A stretch of DNA of 64,000 nucleotides from a virus, in IMG/VR virus record IMGVR_UViG_3300001533_003062, positions 1-64,000 of that record; one strand, 5' to 3'. Below are positions 31,501 through 41,209 of this stretch, one piece after another. Within the stretch, counting starts at the first letter, position 1; each line of letters begins with the position of its first letter. The position numbers were made by a program, and so were the translations under genes. The notes below the pieces were generated by a model. It was given only the letters and a program-made list of their open reading frames with translations. It was not told the DNA's origin and did no database searches.

Positions 31501-34500
31501 CCGTCATAACCAACTGGAAAAAATATAGAGAAACCATTATCTATCTGAGCTATTTCCTCATCAGTAGTTAGTGTGTAGTTATGGTCTTCTACGCTACTAT
31601 CCGCTAACTTAAATATCCCATCCTCTTTAATAACGTGCTGGCAATTACCAAACCTAAAACCCAGTATAAGTTGTAGCTCAGATGCAAAGTTCCTTAAACG
31701 ATCCTTATACCACTTATAAATCTTTAAGTATATCTGCTTTTTTATTTCTTCGTCCCTTAGGAGATACTTAAGGTTCTCTATCCCCCCTTTATATACCTCG
31801 ACTAGGTCATCCCCGCCGACCTCATCGCCTGAGCCTCCGCCGGAACTTTTATCCTTAACTATCTGACCTATCTCAGGAATGGACTCTATCTCTATAAACT
31901 GCCTCTCCGTTAAAGTCTGTATATAAAATTGATCTCTATTTAAAAAATCCATATAGACCTCTACGGAGCTTCCCACAGGTAAGTCCTTAAAATATCGGCA
32001 AGAACACGTTATCGATTTACCTTCTTCTTCCGGATAAGCATTTAGGCCTAGGTAGTTCAGACGGAACCTGTCATCAGTTACTAAGGGCTCCGTAAGAGAT
32101 AAGCCTCCTCCCTCCACAGCATAGTCCTCGTCAGCTACTAATTTACTTTCTCCCGAAAGTAAATAATACGAGTACCCATCATTAAAATCCACCCGAGATC
32201 TAAATTGTACGGGATAACTAGTGTAAGAGATATCAGGGGAAGCTAGCAAGGTATCTAGCTCTTCCTCATTTAGAGGGACATCAAAATATACCCGCATTAG
32301 TGCCGACTCATATACACTTTCATCCATATATTTTTCAATGCTCGACACCGCTCTTATAAGATCATTATTAAATCTTATGATAGATCCGGGCACCATATCG
32401 GTAAGAAAATCAGATACGTCTAACCCGTCTGGAGAAAATAAAGAAAAATTCTCTGCAGTGACATCAGTAAATGACAGACCCGAAGAAACGGATCTAAAAA
32501 CAGGTAAGGTATAGGAGAAATCTGCGGAGGAGGACACCTCCTGAAGCTTTTGGGTATCTATGGGCGAATCAAAAGTCACCCTTACAACTTCTGTGCCGTC
32601 CCTACCCTCATCTACGTACCTATCTACCCTATATATTGTCCTAAATTCTTTATTAAGCACCTTTAAAACAGAGCCTTGAATTAAGCCCCGGGTCTTATAG
32701 GCTAGGTCGTTACCTGGATCCGCGAAGGAAACACTATCCTCTTTGCCGTCTATGATAACGAGCGAACCATCAAGGGTACTGAACACAGGCTCCGTTACAG
32801 CTATATCGGAGGCCCCTGATATCATTACCAATAGTTCCATATCTAAAGGTCTATTAAAATTTACCTTTACGATCTCTATGTTGGACCTATTTGTATCTAC
32901 GTAATTTTCTACAGACTCTATATGCCTGATATCCGTATCTTTAAATTTTATCAGAGATCCTCTTACCAAAGCCTTTAAAGACCTAAAAACATCCGTACCT
33001 GGTGGAGTTGTTAGGGATAAACTACTCTCTTTACCGTCTATTATGATAAGATCCTGATTAAAGTGCTCTAAGCTTACCCATTCTGCTTCCTTGCTGACCC
33101 AAACTCCCGGCTCAACCGTGTGCTCATTGAATTCAGGATATACCGTTATATCAGTTTTATTCTCTTTTTCATTATACTCACAGGATAATACCTTATGAAA
33201 ATAGGACTCCCCCGTTATATTACTTCTATAAGCTAGCAGAGAATTCTCCTTAAGGGCGTACGATCTATCTACGTCTAATATGGTATACTTATCTTTACCT
33301 AATACCGTTCTTATTAATTTTCTCTTATAAAGTTCCTGTATTATGCCCACTGTGTACGGTAAGCTCTCATAGACATTTTCCTCAAAGGGCTGGATAGACA
33401 GGCTCTCCCTACCGCCACCTTTTACAAAATTTACCACCTTAAAAGGCTTATAGTTCTCCGGATAATTTCCATCTAGCGCATTAAAGGTACTTACCGTATC
33501 CTCTATAGCAGCCACCAAAGAATCTATAGTCGGATATTCACTGTATCTAAAATCGTAGCTATCCCCATTAAGGACTCCCCCTAAAGACTCGAGGAGAGAT
33601 ATTCTATTAGTATCGATCTGTATCTTAGCGTTTCCCTCAAAACCGTCGGGTACCGCATAATCTATTTTAAAAGCAGACTCTTCGGGATCTGTTAGAACAA
33701 ATTTTTTTGTTATTAAATCGGTACCACCTAAAGTATATATAGGCAACTCAGACACAGCGACCCCATCTTCTATGTTGCTTATAAGAGAGGGAAATATAGT
33801 AGCCTTTACTTCCCCGGCCTCTAGTCGGGATTCAAGAACGATATAGATATCTCTACCGTCCACCATCAATAGGTGATTAGAAGCCACGGACTCTAATAAC
33901 TGCAGAGTATTGCCTCTAAAAGATACAGTGTCATTGCCCACTGATATATTTTTATTTACTTCCGTACTAGGAGGTAAACTCGTCCACTCTACGCTTTTAT
34001 CGAACACATAAAAAGAGGGATTATAGATATCTTCAGGGTAGCTACCATAAAATTCCACAAAGGTGCTATTATCTGCAAAACGCACGGATTTAACTCTCAA
34101 GTAATAAGTAGCCTCTGGGGCCATATTATCTATTCTAAGGACATCCCCGGGATAAATAATATCCCTTCTATCAAAGCCCTCGATCAAAAGAGTGTTAGAC
34201 CCCTCTTCCAGCACATTATAAAGTCTTTGGATAGGTGCGTATGGGAGTATCTCACTTTCAAAACTATAAGAAACATTTACGATACTATTCCGATTTAGGA
34301 CCGCTGTATTTAAGCTGTTATCTAAGGTGAGAGTCCTCTCTATATTGTCATAGGTATAACCCTCGGTATTTAATAACCTGATATCCCCGCCCTCGATCAC
34401 TCTTAAATTACTGAGAGAAACCTCTTCCAAATCTCCGGAAAATTGAAATTTATCAGGGTCTCCAGATTTTTTAAATGGGTCCTCAATTACCCTAGATACT

Positions 34501-36281
34501 GCAGGATTAGTGACCGAAAATATATAAGACCCCTCATCAGAGACCTCTAGCGTATCATTTAGTATAGTCATCTTATAAGTAGTTTCGCTGGTATCTGACG
34601 GTTGTATCACTGTATGCAGTAAAGATAAGGGGGTGTATATAGCCTCAATAGAATCCACCGAGGAACTTAAAACATCTGCATCGAATATTCTTATTTTACC
34701 TGTAAGATAGGATACCTCAAAATCAGCGCCCTCGGAGAGTCTTCGACTACCGCTTTTAATATCTCCACCACTCTCCTGCTGAGTCCAGTTAACGGTTAAT
34801 CTCACTGTCCCGTTTAATATGGGGTATTGGCTAAGCCTTAAGTTGTCCCCGCTTATTCTCTCTCCCTCGACATCCTTACCCTCGACATAGTACGATACAA
34901 GTACAGCTTCATCTTTTGAAAGCGGGGTATTGAACAATAGTGCCCCCGATGTGTAGTCTATTTCACACCCTTCCCCAGGGAATAAATGATTCTCCTCTCT
35001 ATCTTCAAAATAAAGGGGATTTTCTATACCTACACCAGTGAAACCCTGATCTACTACCAGCTCATTCTTATCTAATATAGTAGAATAGGGTGCACCCTTA
35101 ATAATACTCATACCATCCCAAAGTATTCTTTTTCTCGTAGCTATAGATCCTATTATCTCTTCAGAATTATAATGATCCGATAAAAAAACTACCCCTCCCG
35201 GATAATCAATCTTATAATTGTCGTCTTTTACGAGCAGATTTTCATTGACCCTTATCTCTTCCGAGTTGGGTATTATATTACTAATAGGGGTTATTAGAGG
35301 TTCTCCTCCCCCTATTTCTTTCTTTTTAATTATTGAAAATATACCCTCAAATGACCCATCTATAGGCTCTACTTGGGAGGCTCCTTTCCCACCTACCTTA
35401 CCTAACTCATCTAAAAATTTAATATAGGCTACATCTCTTTCCTCATAGGCTGGAAACGGAAATTTATATTGATCCTCTTGGGAATAGTTTACAACATAAT
35501 CCTTATTCTCTTCCTTAAGTAATAGCTCCCCACCCTCTTCAGACCAGTAAACCTTTAGAGTTTCGTGAGGGAAAGGTAATGGATCCAAGGACAAATCAGA
35601 TATAGGACTTTTTGAGTTAGTCACTAATTTTTTCCTAGGCTCGGTAGAATTAACAGTCATCATATCCGCGGAGTTAGTAGACGCCCCCGGAAAAATTTTA
35701 AATCTTATGTTATCATCCTCTAAAGGTTTTTCCCATCCCGTTGCGCCAGATACGACGGTAAGGGCCTCCACACCCGTGAATCCCCAGGCATTCCTATCCC
35801 TATCAAAAAACATACCTGATTCATCCTGAAGGGTTTTTACAACCTCATAGCTAACACTACCTTTTTTTATTTTTCTTAGAGTACAAACCCCCTCTTTTTC
35901 ATCCGGATCGGTATCGTTTAATTTCTGATATTTATCCGTCAAGTATATTTTATTTCCGTCTGCACTTATACCCGTTATAGCCCAAAACCTTTCGTCCGAA
36001 TCAAATCTTATGATATCGCCGTGAACGACCTCTTTTTTATCCCCTATGAATTTAAAGTTACTCACTTCTTCGCTATCTTGTTTAAACTTACCCGAGCCCT
36101 TAAATTGGTTTTTACTTAGAGAAGCCTGTACTAAGTAATTAGCGCCAGTCTCGAAGGTCCTTATATCAGGATCAACTTCTATAGTAGACGTAGTAGATGC
36201 GTTATTAGTCGTTACTTTAGCTCCTCTAGCTACCGTATTACCTAAATAAAGTGATTTTAGTCTAAATACTTCTGATCCCAT
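25584..36281 (-). CDS. Giant baseplate-region virion protein, 3565 aa, multi-repeat
   Basis: 10.7-kb uninterrupted ORF between spike and wedge genes; recurring LxxGxDYxVDYxxG and TxxxLxxxIN motifs; GAGG RBS. Confidence 0.75.
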   Translation of the reverse strand: MGSEVFRLKSLYLGNTVARGAKVTTNNASTTSTIEVDPDIRTFETGANYLVQASLSKNQFKGSGKFKQDSEEVSNFKFIGDKKEVVHGDIIRFDSDERFWAITGISADGNKIYLTDKYQKLNDTDPDEKEGVCTLRKIKKGSVSYEVVKTLQDESGMFFDRDRNAWGFTGVEALTVVSGATGWEKPLEDDNIRFKIFPGASTNSADMMTVNSTEPRKKLVTNSKSPISDLSLDPLPFPHETLKVYWSEEGGELLLKEENKDYVVNYSQEDQYKFPFPAYEERDVAYIKFLDELGKVGGKGASQVEPIDGSFEGIFSIIKKKEIGGGEPLITPISNIIPNSEEIRVNENLLVKDDNYKIDYPGGVVFLSDHYNSEEIIGSIATRKRILWDGMSIIKGAPYSTILDKNELVVDQGFTGVGIENPLYFEDREENHLFPGEGCEIDYTSGALLFNTPLSKDEAVLVSYYVEGKDVEGERISGDNLRLSQYPILNGTVRLTVNWTQQESGGDIKSGSRRLSEGADFEVSYLTGKIRIFDADVLSSSVDSIEAIYTPLSLLHTVIQPSDTSETTYKMTILNDTLEVSDEGSYIFSVTNPAVSRVIEDPFKKSGDPDKFQFSGDLEEVSLSNLRVIEGGDIRLLNTEGYTYDNIERTLTLDNSLNTAVLNRNSIVNVSYSFESEILPYAPIQRLYNVLEEGSNTLLIEGFDRRDIIYPGDVLRIDNMAPEATYYLRVKSVRFADNSTFVEFYGSYPEDIYNPSFYVFDKSVEWTSLPPSTEVNKNISVGNDTVSFRGNTLQLLESVASNHLLMVDGRDIYIVLESRLEAGEVKATIFPSLISNIEDGVAVSELPIYTLGGTDLITKKFVLTDPEESAFKIDYAVPDGFEGNAKIQIDTNRISLLESLGGVLNGDSYDFRYSEYPTIDSLVAAIEDTVSTFNALDGNYPENYKPFKVVNFVKGGGRESLSIQPFEENVYESLPYTVGIIQELYKRKLIRTVLGKDKYTILDVDRSYALKENSLLAYRSNITGESYFHKVLSCEYNEKENKTDITVYPEFNEHTVEPGVWVSKEAEWVSLEHFNQDLIIIDGKESSLSLTTPPGTDVFRSLKALVRGSLIKFKDTDIRHIESVENYVDTNRSNIEIVKVNFNRPLDMELLVMISGASDIAVTEPVFSTLDGSLVIIDGKEDSVSFADPGNDLAYKTRGLIQGSVLKVLNKEFRTIYRVDRYVDEGRDGTEVVRVTFDSPIDTQKLQEVSSSADFSYTLPVFRSVSSGLSFTDVTAENFSLFSPDGLDVSDFLTDMVPGSIIRFNNDLIRAVSSIEKYMDESVYESALMRVYFDVPLNEEELDTLLASPDISYTSYPVQFRSRVDFNDGYSYYLLSGESKLVADEDYAVEGGGLSLTEPLVTDDRFRLNYLGLNAYPEEEGKSITCSCRYFKDLPVGSSVEVYMDFLNRDQFYIQTLTERQFIEIESIPEIGQIVKDKSSGGGSGDEVGGDDLVEVYKGGIENLKYLLRDEEIKKQIYLKIYKWYKDRLRNFASELQLILGFRFGNCQHVIKEDGIFKLADSSVEDHNYTLTTDEEIAQIDNGFSIFFPVGYDGASPKYYDRFGKRQKLNNDVYCYNIEYNKIKVGYVKSANPGWVNNDVNNGMPTVDYRILKGQETNLVANYDVVIRDKDKLFSAKENPYDFLTRVSVGDKIKIDGRKTYYEIEDITKESNIRQLSEDEFKEMAKDWDEDSFVYKQAKNQKRLPYELISLRSGDISTLEKGRYFSERGIPTYKVFFVEENTVLKEDGSYYPAGVYFDTGFTGKLGSNRIYHAYLTLRELQDSLPVDGFRVWIEKSVAQEFPMWDDEGNFGARIVGDEIKGHERGKNKIKKGLPAFLLFAPFLPPGLLALLEPDKLFRMMVDSPDEGTMDVSIKEDAPGVNKELNLKGLNIFEERKVSDTMDALIEGVDQKDPRFGDVADITFEKTYNKDAGSFVEGLVFRGKNRDHWLYPYSSGGNDVIEDYGLIPGRKYKNFYDPDNIFRHLLREKQAWQLLELIDKDLLLFDNKIARCFLDGTLDYSSGSYGISPDGGGLLVDSSRFKGYLLEAIRLVLTRMMAYEIHMNFLTETYGDEYKEYGSVRNILTPDVIEKAFTKPGSTETHEEDKASNEIITSYDNARDALSNYGGFKSITRVYKKLLEFWDKRISKGYKEWSISLERGVLYQRIAREMLNSGPIVLGPVEYPLLRFNLKASPSDFLVENIEIKSTTGFDGLGELRITYDLIHRINPELSELNIERIFSYYRDPIYDNDRDIINDPKHYTLSEFVKNVESFKEKGTEIFSVSLLSPFIALEDIRVLDREGGSYLMDTRNIVKDEGVKAIEDFTLSITGVPDHRLYDSRVLFLDRGFRDSLTTEAAVYRTFPVYVKNGNPRKEALEDSLVHSFENLPVPGEWETRDVFNAISIKSRGTAEFLVTYDNADILVGTEGGESVEKVEYIRSEENDLDLIDFDDGRPPLNEYSAGEDLREILWERDALDVILDGNGEGGKLFKRIVDFLGDEKQEIDSNQGLFALVTLIEGSASLQYRFEERLRSLGEEELIKLYRRLAKIVEEVNITGDPNLAIITPDEYQKLRANVPINRPSTKIVRNIVLLRREAEGGKYILKLDLGKYKKIRDLIEAINNAQWRGEYTNEKGEVVPGAYIFGEDPENSGGHYEATAVGGDWVLDLDTQNLKVSYEPVRKYFRIFSKSDNGGEGKFYRTDEVSLVKGVDGELLNLNGSYTDSKAYIAGWKLQVSRSDFGGSVDLSVVQDNYSVRDTENFAFASSPGRAQELMADSGNFGNSVDITPFHVYCWDEPDEEEGRFFEIKNNWIRFKSLNVDVSIPLASSGERPEGRSIEGETLNELLDRINGQLSGSGSVGSDSNAYFYCNLRWDRDFKRGEDGKISEDGNRGYFEYTYLPDQKTELYKSELDKIYLMRDEVVGLTPTEETEIRINEKSNNPLTPGFNESLPDKLNNTTIEDYPVYRSSSLDIKTNAKVFSVVPNSDFYDFSNLQYRVDDVGKTLSFTGNYTTELTYQQDFLFNNTSYDTISELVGAINLETIPETGTPMFNAVLALGGDGSSTDLLSGSGSLSVSPVTLEKEVFTTAPAFDLSIIASSGSVTGSAWEVTDVSYSVPSSRDRITLTATVRYSGNIVYPLNISYNTPLYTIEGLVSVINSRRHLNNFSFEPFFIASVIKPAYNTSPALNLTGTSGFEPFGDVMYGKYITEYNFVLNGNFFDIIEDINSKEPFTGLTSKLVHEGYGDLPAELLIPKPDYQEIESYLDLDGDLRPVLALDLLHMEYEDNTGTYGVSSTEFTVTSGETRSSNLDRDLEKFVRNFRGDYDEGLLSINILPLVRRGFGKLGITRTPEVSMYKNKAFKAYFGVMGDIRYFQVSDYDLTILLNSAKKRMSKPWIDYTPEEETVDYFYNKEQQLKNVFMSNLPSRLIAPLQYENVGEDLKREMALEEDGIYNDYPLGLGTENFLRYIKFKRVGQIREGIVNEQLVSNKYLWLYLKFHREIGCDQKVKYLTKKIEEDEEDASNIGGATGV

Positions 36282-36290
36282 ATAATCCTC

Positions 36291-36914
36291 TTAATTTATC
36301 TTTGAATATATCGCGGGTATACCCACCACTGCTAAGGGTCCCACAGGCGGTACAGGTGCAATAGCCCCCGTAACTAATATAGTAAATGTCGCACCGGATT
36401 TTAGCTGATTAACAACCCCGTACGATATACAATCAGCGATCTTATTTATATCCCTACCCATAAGGGCCTTGGAGGCTAAATTAGCCTGCATGATCTTTAT
36501 TAAAGCTTGGGCATTTATCTTAGTTAATTTTGCAGTTCCGCCACCTATAGCTAAACCCGCGAAATTACCTTGGACTATAGCCCCGTTCATAACCTGGCAT
36601 ACGCCATTAGCTATAGCGGAGAAAAAAGATCCCATGTCTCTTCCACCAGCCCCAAAACCTAATTGGGCCGCTCGAGCTCGCATAAGATTAGACATAGCCG
36701 CAGGTACTATACCCGCTACAACTAAACTGGAGGCGGTCCCTACCGGGCCCGCAGTACCTGAGCATGTAAAGGATAGCATATTGGGCGTAGTGATATGTAA
36801 AGCAACAGAGGAGCCTACGGCGTCCGCTATATCAATAGCATTACGCCCTATAATCCTCTTAGAACCAAAATTAGCCATTATAGCTGCCGTTATTAATTTA
36901 CCTGTAACGGGCAT
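36291..36914 (-). CDS. Putative spike-tip protein with three internal repeats, 207 aa
   Basis: Translationally coupled (TAATG) to the spike gene; Ala/Gly-rich; three MxAxxxxxxxxGR[ND]xxxxxxxxxxxV units. Confidence 0.55.
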   Translation of the reverse strand: MPVTGKLITAAIMANFGSKRIIGRNAIDIADAVGSSVALHITTPNMLSFTCSGTAGPVGTASSLVVAGIVPAAMSNLMRARAAQLGFGAGGRDMGSFFSAIANGVCQVMNGAIVQGNFAGLAIGGGTAKLTKINAQALIKIMQANLASKALMGRDINKIADCISYGVVNQLKSGATFTILVTGAIAPVPPVGPLAVVGIPAIYSKIN

Positions 36915-38986
36915 TATAAACTCGCCTTTACTGTTTTCGACCCCATTAACGGAGCTCCTGTTATATAATCTTTATGCGAGTTAACGGTAACTACCCCACT
37001 TAATGCTGCCCCCGCACCTTTTATGTCTACAAGCATCCCCCTCAGTTGAGCCTTGCCTGCAGTTGCTTCCAGTTTCATACCTAAGGTCGAGGAAGCCTCT
37101 AATTTTCCCGCTACTGTCTTTAAAATTACTTTACCGGCAACTGTTTTTAAAGATAAATCTCCTTTTAATGTCTCTACCTTAAAATCCCCGGCGGTCGAAA
37201 AAAACGTTCTATTTCCTTTTGTTATTATTCTTTCTTCTATGTCACCCTTGGTGAGAGTGACCGACTTACCCCCTCTACCCACAACTGACTCTTCTATGTC
37301 ACCTCTAGTAGTAGGTTTAGTGGGTAGCATTTTTAACTCGCTTTTACCCTCAGTTATCGTGGTCTCTCTGCTGCCGTAACCCTCTTGTTTCTCCTTAGAT
37401 ACTTTCTCATTGAAACTATTGCCCACACTTAAATTGAAGGATTCCCCTATATTAGTATTCGAGGAACCTCCTACAGTAAGCTCCTCCTTACCGTTTATAC
37501 TGATTTTATCACTACCCTCTATTATAGTCTCACGAGACATTTCTACTTGTTTTCTCTCGAAGCCCGCGATAAATTCTATTTTTTTATACTTATTTATATT
37601 ACCTACAGGTTCTCCCTCATTTTCGAAATCCTCAATTGTGGTTAGCTCCTTTTCTAAACCATACTTAAAAAAGACCCCCCTAGAAGTAGTAACATCCATA
37701 CTCAGGTTCTTATGAGGGTTGTCCGAACTTTCCCCATGGTTGCCTATTACCCACTTCAACCCACCATCAAGAACCATATCCCATGAATTACCAAACCTAG
37801 AGTCCGCTCCCCAAATTTCCTTACGACTTCCTCTAGCTAATAAAGAAAGAGACCTCCCTGGACATATACCTCCCCCAGAACCTGACGGAAGAAAATGGTA
37901 AAAATGACCCTCTTTATCGGCTCCAAAAAAGGCACCCCTTTCAGCATTTCTTCTATTCGGAGCAAAAAGTGAAAAAGCCATTCCTATAGTATCCGGCTCT
38001 TCTCCTGTAAGAACATCAAAAATAAAATCCCCCTCTACATCCCCGTAGTCATTGAATAACGTAGGTTTTAAAATCTTGCTGTAGGTATCCTCATACCTCT
38101 CGTTATTCCCTATAAAATGGCCCATACTAAAAATAGCGTCAGGATTTCTGAACGTCTCTACGCCTATTTGATTTACGTCATTACCGGGCATATCATCTTT
38201 AGCCCTACCGTCTACCTCTATCCTATATTCGGTATAATAATCCGAAGCATTTTTATTATCGTTAGGCCTAAGATTATAGTTGATTGTACCGTCAACCTTT
38301 CGATCCTTTTCTACGTATGAGCCCTCTTCTCTGTTAAAATCCTCAGCAGAATTTCTCTGGGCTATACCTGCATTTACCCATACCCCACTGGTGAATACAT
38401 AATTATTTGAAGAAGTACTTATGATCGTATTATCTTCAGACCTTATCTTAAAATTATCCCCTTGCCTAGTAGATATGTTTATATCACTATTGAAAAAAAT
38501 CTCAGCGCCCTTATTAGAGGAGATACTTATTTCACCCTCATCTAATCTCCTTAAACGATAAAAGTATTCATTCTTGTCATTAGTTTTTACCTTTTCTTTA
38601 TTCCACTGAACGGCGTGCTCTTGTTTAAGACCCAATTTATACTTCGGTATAAATGTGACAGGGTAACAACCGTAGGGACTTTCTACCACCACAACCGTGG
38701 AATTTACCTCGGGAGCCGCGCATATAAAACTAGAGTTACCCGAGTAAGGCTGAGATATCATTACATCATCTAGGATATCCCCTCTTCTGTCGCCCATAAG
38801 GGATACCTTCATGATTTGTCTATCTGTATCGATACTTACGACGTTCCCTATGACTACAGATATACCCTCCTTACGTCTTATCGCAGGAGAGGGTAGCTCA
38901 CCCTCCGCGTATATTCTTCCCGATACTGGAGGGTCTATACGGCTTGTGCTTGACTGACTTTTAGCCACATTCACATTTACACTCAT
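36914..38986 (-). CDS. Baseplate central spike (gp5/VgrG/gpV-like), 690 aa
   Basis: N-terminal OB-like GNVVSID...APEVNSTVVV; C-terminal beta-helix repeats (IEGSDKISINGKEELTVGGSSNTNIGES); terminal HKDYITG. Confidence 0.7.
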   Translation of the reverse strand: MSVNVNVAKSQSSTSRIDPPVSGRIYAEGELPSPAIRRKEGISVVIGNVVSIDTDRQIMKVSLMGDRRGDILDDVMISQPYSGNSSFICAAPEVNSTVVVVESPYGCYPVTFIPKYKLGLKQEHAVQWNKEKVKTNDKNEYFYRLRRLDEGEISISSNKGAEIFFNSDINISTRQGDNFKIRSEDNTIISTSSNNYVFTSGVWVNAGIAQRNSAEDFNREEGSYVEKDRKVDGTINYNLRPNDNKNASDYYTEYRIEVDGRAKDDMPGNDVNQIGVETFRNPDAIFSMGHFIGNNERYEDTYSKILKPTLFNDYGDVEGDFIFDVLTGEEPDTIGMAFSLFAPNRRNAERGAFFGADKEGHFYHFLPSGSGGGICPGRSLSLLARGSRKEIWGADSRFGNSWDMVLDGGLKWVIGNHGESSDNPHKNLSMDVTTSRGVFFKYGLEKELTTIEDFENEGEPVGNINKYKKIEFIAGFERKQVEMSRETIIEGSDKISINGKEELTVGGSSNTNIGESFNLSVGNSFNEKVSKEKQEGYGSRETTITEGKSELKMLPTKPTTRGDIEESVVGRGGKSVTLTKGDIEERIITKGNRTFFSTAGDFKVETLKGDLSLKTVAGKVILKTVAGKLEASSTLGMKLEATAGKAQLRGMLVDIKGAGAALSGVVTVNSHKDYITGAPLMGSKTVKASL

Positions 38987-38988
38987 GA

Positions 38989-41196
38989 CTACCCTCTATC
39001 CTTAGGTTTCAATTTTAACAACCTTATATTCTTGTATTCTTCAGAATTTATCCTGTCAGCAAGATCCACGAATTTATAATTATCTTCTCTATCTAATAAT
39101 AAATTAGCTCCGTAAGGAAAAGCTCCTATATGCTCATAACCATTTTTATCTGTGTATGGCACGGTCTCTTTTGTTATGTGTATCATCTCATTGCTAAGTA
39201 TTTTAAGAGAAGTCTCGGCGTCAGTATTCCCGTCTTCGGGCTTACCTTGATCTACCACCTTGTCTCTAGTTATCTCTTTTGATGCAGGCCTTATCTCGGT
39301 GAAACCCTCCGAGTTATTACCCGCATATAAACCACTAGTACTCTCTAAATACTGCTTCTGAAGTTTATTAAGCTCATTCGCCTTGTTATCCTTACCAAGA
39401 TCTCCCTGAGTCCTAGCTCCTTGGGCTATAGGTTCCAGCTTTTCATCATCGACAGCTTTTCCCTCCGCTAATATTTCTGAGATCTCATTCCTTAACTTCA
39501 CTACATAACCTTTGAGTATCTTGCCAGGCACACTTGTTACTTCTCCTGAGTCAAAAACTCTATCTCTTCTAGCCTCAAGGTTAAGCTGAGTCGTTGCGGA
39601 AGATCCGAAAGAGAAACTATGGGAGATACCCGATACATAGTAAAAACAGTCTGCGTGACTTATATAAACAGGGTACCCCAACCTCATCTCAGATCTAAGA
39701 GGGATAGACAAGGCTCCTGTTTTTGTTTTAGCATTTATCCTAGCCATCTCAGCTACCGCTATAGCCCTTAGTGTAGCTGGAGTGTTACCGTAGTTCATAC
39801 TCAATGTCTGATGCCTAAGGCCGTACCTTTTCACAGACTCATAATCTATATGGACACCCAAATACGCCAACTCCGGGAAGTGGTAATTAAAGGGCCCGGT
39901 TACCTCTAAGTAATTGACTATAGCGTCTGTGTTTTGCGAGAATGAAAAATTGATTATATCTTCCGATTTCATGACATATGTCTCATCTCCTCCAAATACT
40001 ACATCTAAATTATACATAGGGGGCTTAAAGACAAAACTACCATTTAGGTCCACAAAAAATTCCATATGCGTATCTTCACATATCTTATTAGCTATTTCTA
40101 GCTTAGTATTCTGGAGAGATTGGGAACCATCTCCATATAGACTAAAAGCACCATAGGGTAAAACTCTCTCTAATATAGAAAAGTCAAGATCTAACTCAGC
40201 CCTTGTTGTCCTATTCTTTGATTTATCCGACGTAGACATATATTCTTTAACAGACTGAGCTATACTCTTCAGTTCTATAGGGCCCACTAACCCATACATT
40301 TCTAGGGCGGCCTTACCTTTTTTAGCCAGGTCCTCCTCACTTGCACTTTTATCCCCTATTATACCATCAGGACCTGCAAAAGATTGAAAATCGAATCTCC
40401 GGGACCAATACTCTGTTGCACTTCTAGCTAGACCTCCTAGAACCTTACCTACATCGTCCCCAGAAACATTACCTATCTGAGGGTTATTATAAAGGCTAGA
40501 AAAATTAGGGTAAACAAAATTATCAGTTGAGTCCGAACCCTTCCTATTGAAAAATGTATCTAAAAACAAAGAGTATATTATTTCCCAGGGATTCATAAAC
40601 TCAAAGATTGTAGATATTTGATCTTTTTGATTGGAACCCAAAATAGTATTAGCTAAAGACGGGGCGACCGTGAGCTTCTGAAAAGCCCACCAATTCAAGA
40701 GATCCACACAATTCAGGCTAAAGGTGCTTACCCCTCCTGAATAACTCTCTGTGACATTTGTTATAAACCCCCAAAAAACTGGATAGTACTGAGGCCTATA
40801 CTTATTGGCGGGGGCTTTTTCTATAAAACGGGATTTCATGAATATTTTTACTTCTGTCATGGGCAAAAAGTAAGGGACCCTTATCCCATTAGGCATATCG
40901 ACATAGTAATCGTTATGTAAGCCCTTATACTGAGGAGCAACCACCTCTATATTAGCTCTCCCGGAACCTGACGGAGAAATAGAGGCACTAACATTTATGG
41001 ATGTAATACCGCCCTGAAGATACTTCATTGATTCCTTATTACCCGATACACTGAAGCTATTATTAGTCTCAGGGTCCATAGGAGATATAGCCTTCTCCCC
41101 AAAAGCATTATTCATGATAGCTATAGCGTCAGGTGCAAGCTTAAGAACGCTTCTATCTTTTATACCTTTTAGACTAAATAATCCAGAACTATCCAT
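38989..41196 (-). CDS. Baseplate hub (gp27/GPD-like), 735 aa
   Basis: VFWGFITNVTESY...LNCVD, EFFVDLNGSFVFKPP, KRYGLR and EMRLGYPV...YYVSGISHSF are hub-like motifs; lies directly before the spike. Confidence 0.75.
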   Translation of the reverse strand: MDSSGLFSLKGIKDRSVLKLAPDAIAIMNNAFGEKAISPMDPETNNSFSVSGNKESMKYLQGGITSINVSASISPSGSGRANIEVVAPQYKGLHNDYYVDMPNGIRVPYFLPMTEVKIFMKSRFIEKAPANKYRPQYYPVFWGFITNVTESYSGGVSTFSLNCVDLLNWWAFQKLTVAPSLANTILGSNQKDQISTIFEFMNPWEIIYSLFLDTFFNRKGSDSTDNFVYPNFSSLYNNPQIGNVSGDDVGKVLGGLARSATEYWSRRFDFQSFAGPDGIIGDKSASEEDLAKKGKAALEMYGLVGPIELKSIAQSVKEYMSTSDKSKNRTTRAELDLDFSILERVLPYGAFSLYGDGSQSLQNTKLEIANKICEDTHMEFFVDLNGSFVFKPPMYNLDVVFGGDETYVMKSEDIINFSFSQNTDAIVNYLEVTGPFNYHFPELAYLGVHIDYESVKRYGLRHQTLSMNYGNTPATLRAIAVAEMARINAKTKTGALSIPLRSEMRLGYPVYISHADCFYYVSGISHSFSFGSSATTQLNLEARRDRVFDSGEVTSVPGKILKGYVVKLRNEISEILAEGKAVDDEKLEPIAQGARTQGDLGKDNKANELNKLQKQYLESTSGLYAGNNSEGFTEIRPASKEITRDKVVDQGKPEDGNTDAETSLKILSNEMIHITKETVPYTDKNGYEHIGAFPYGANLLLDREDNYKFVDLADRINSEEYKNIRLLKLKPKDRG

Positions 41197-41209
41197 AATT
41201 TATAAAACC

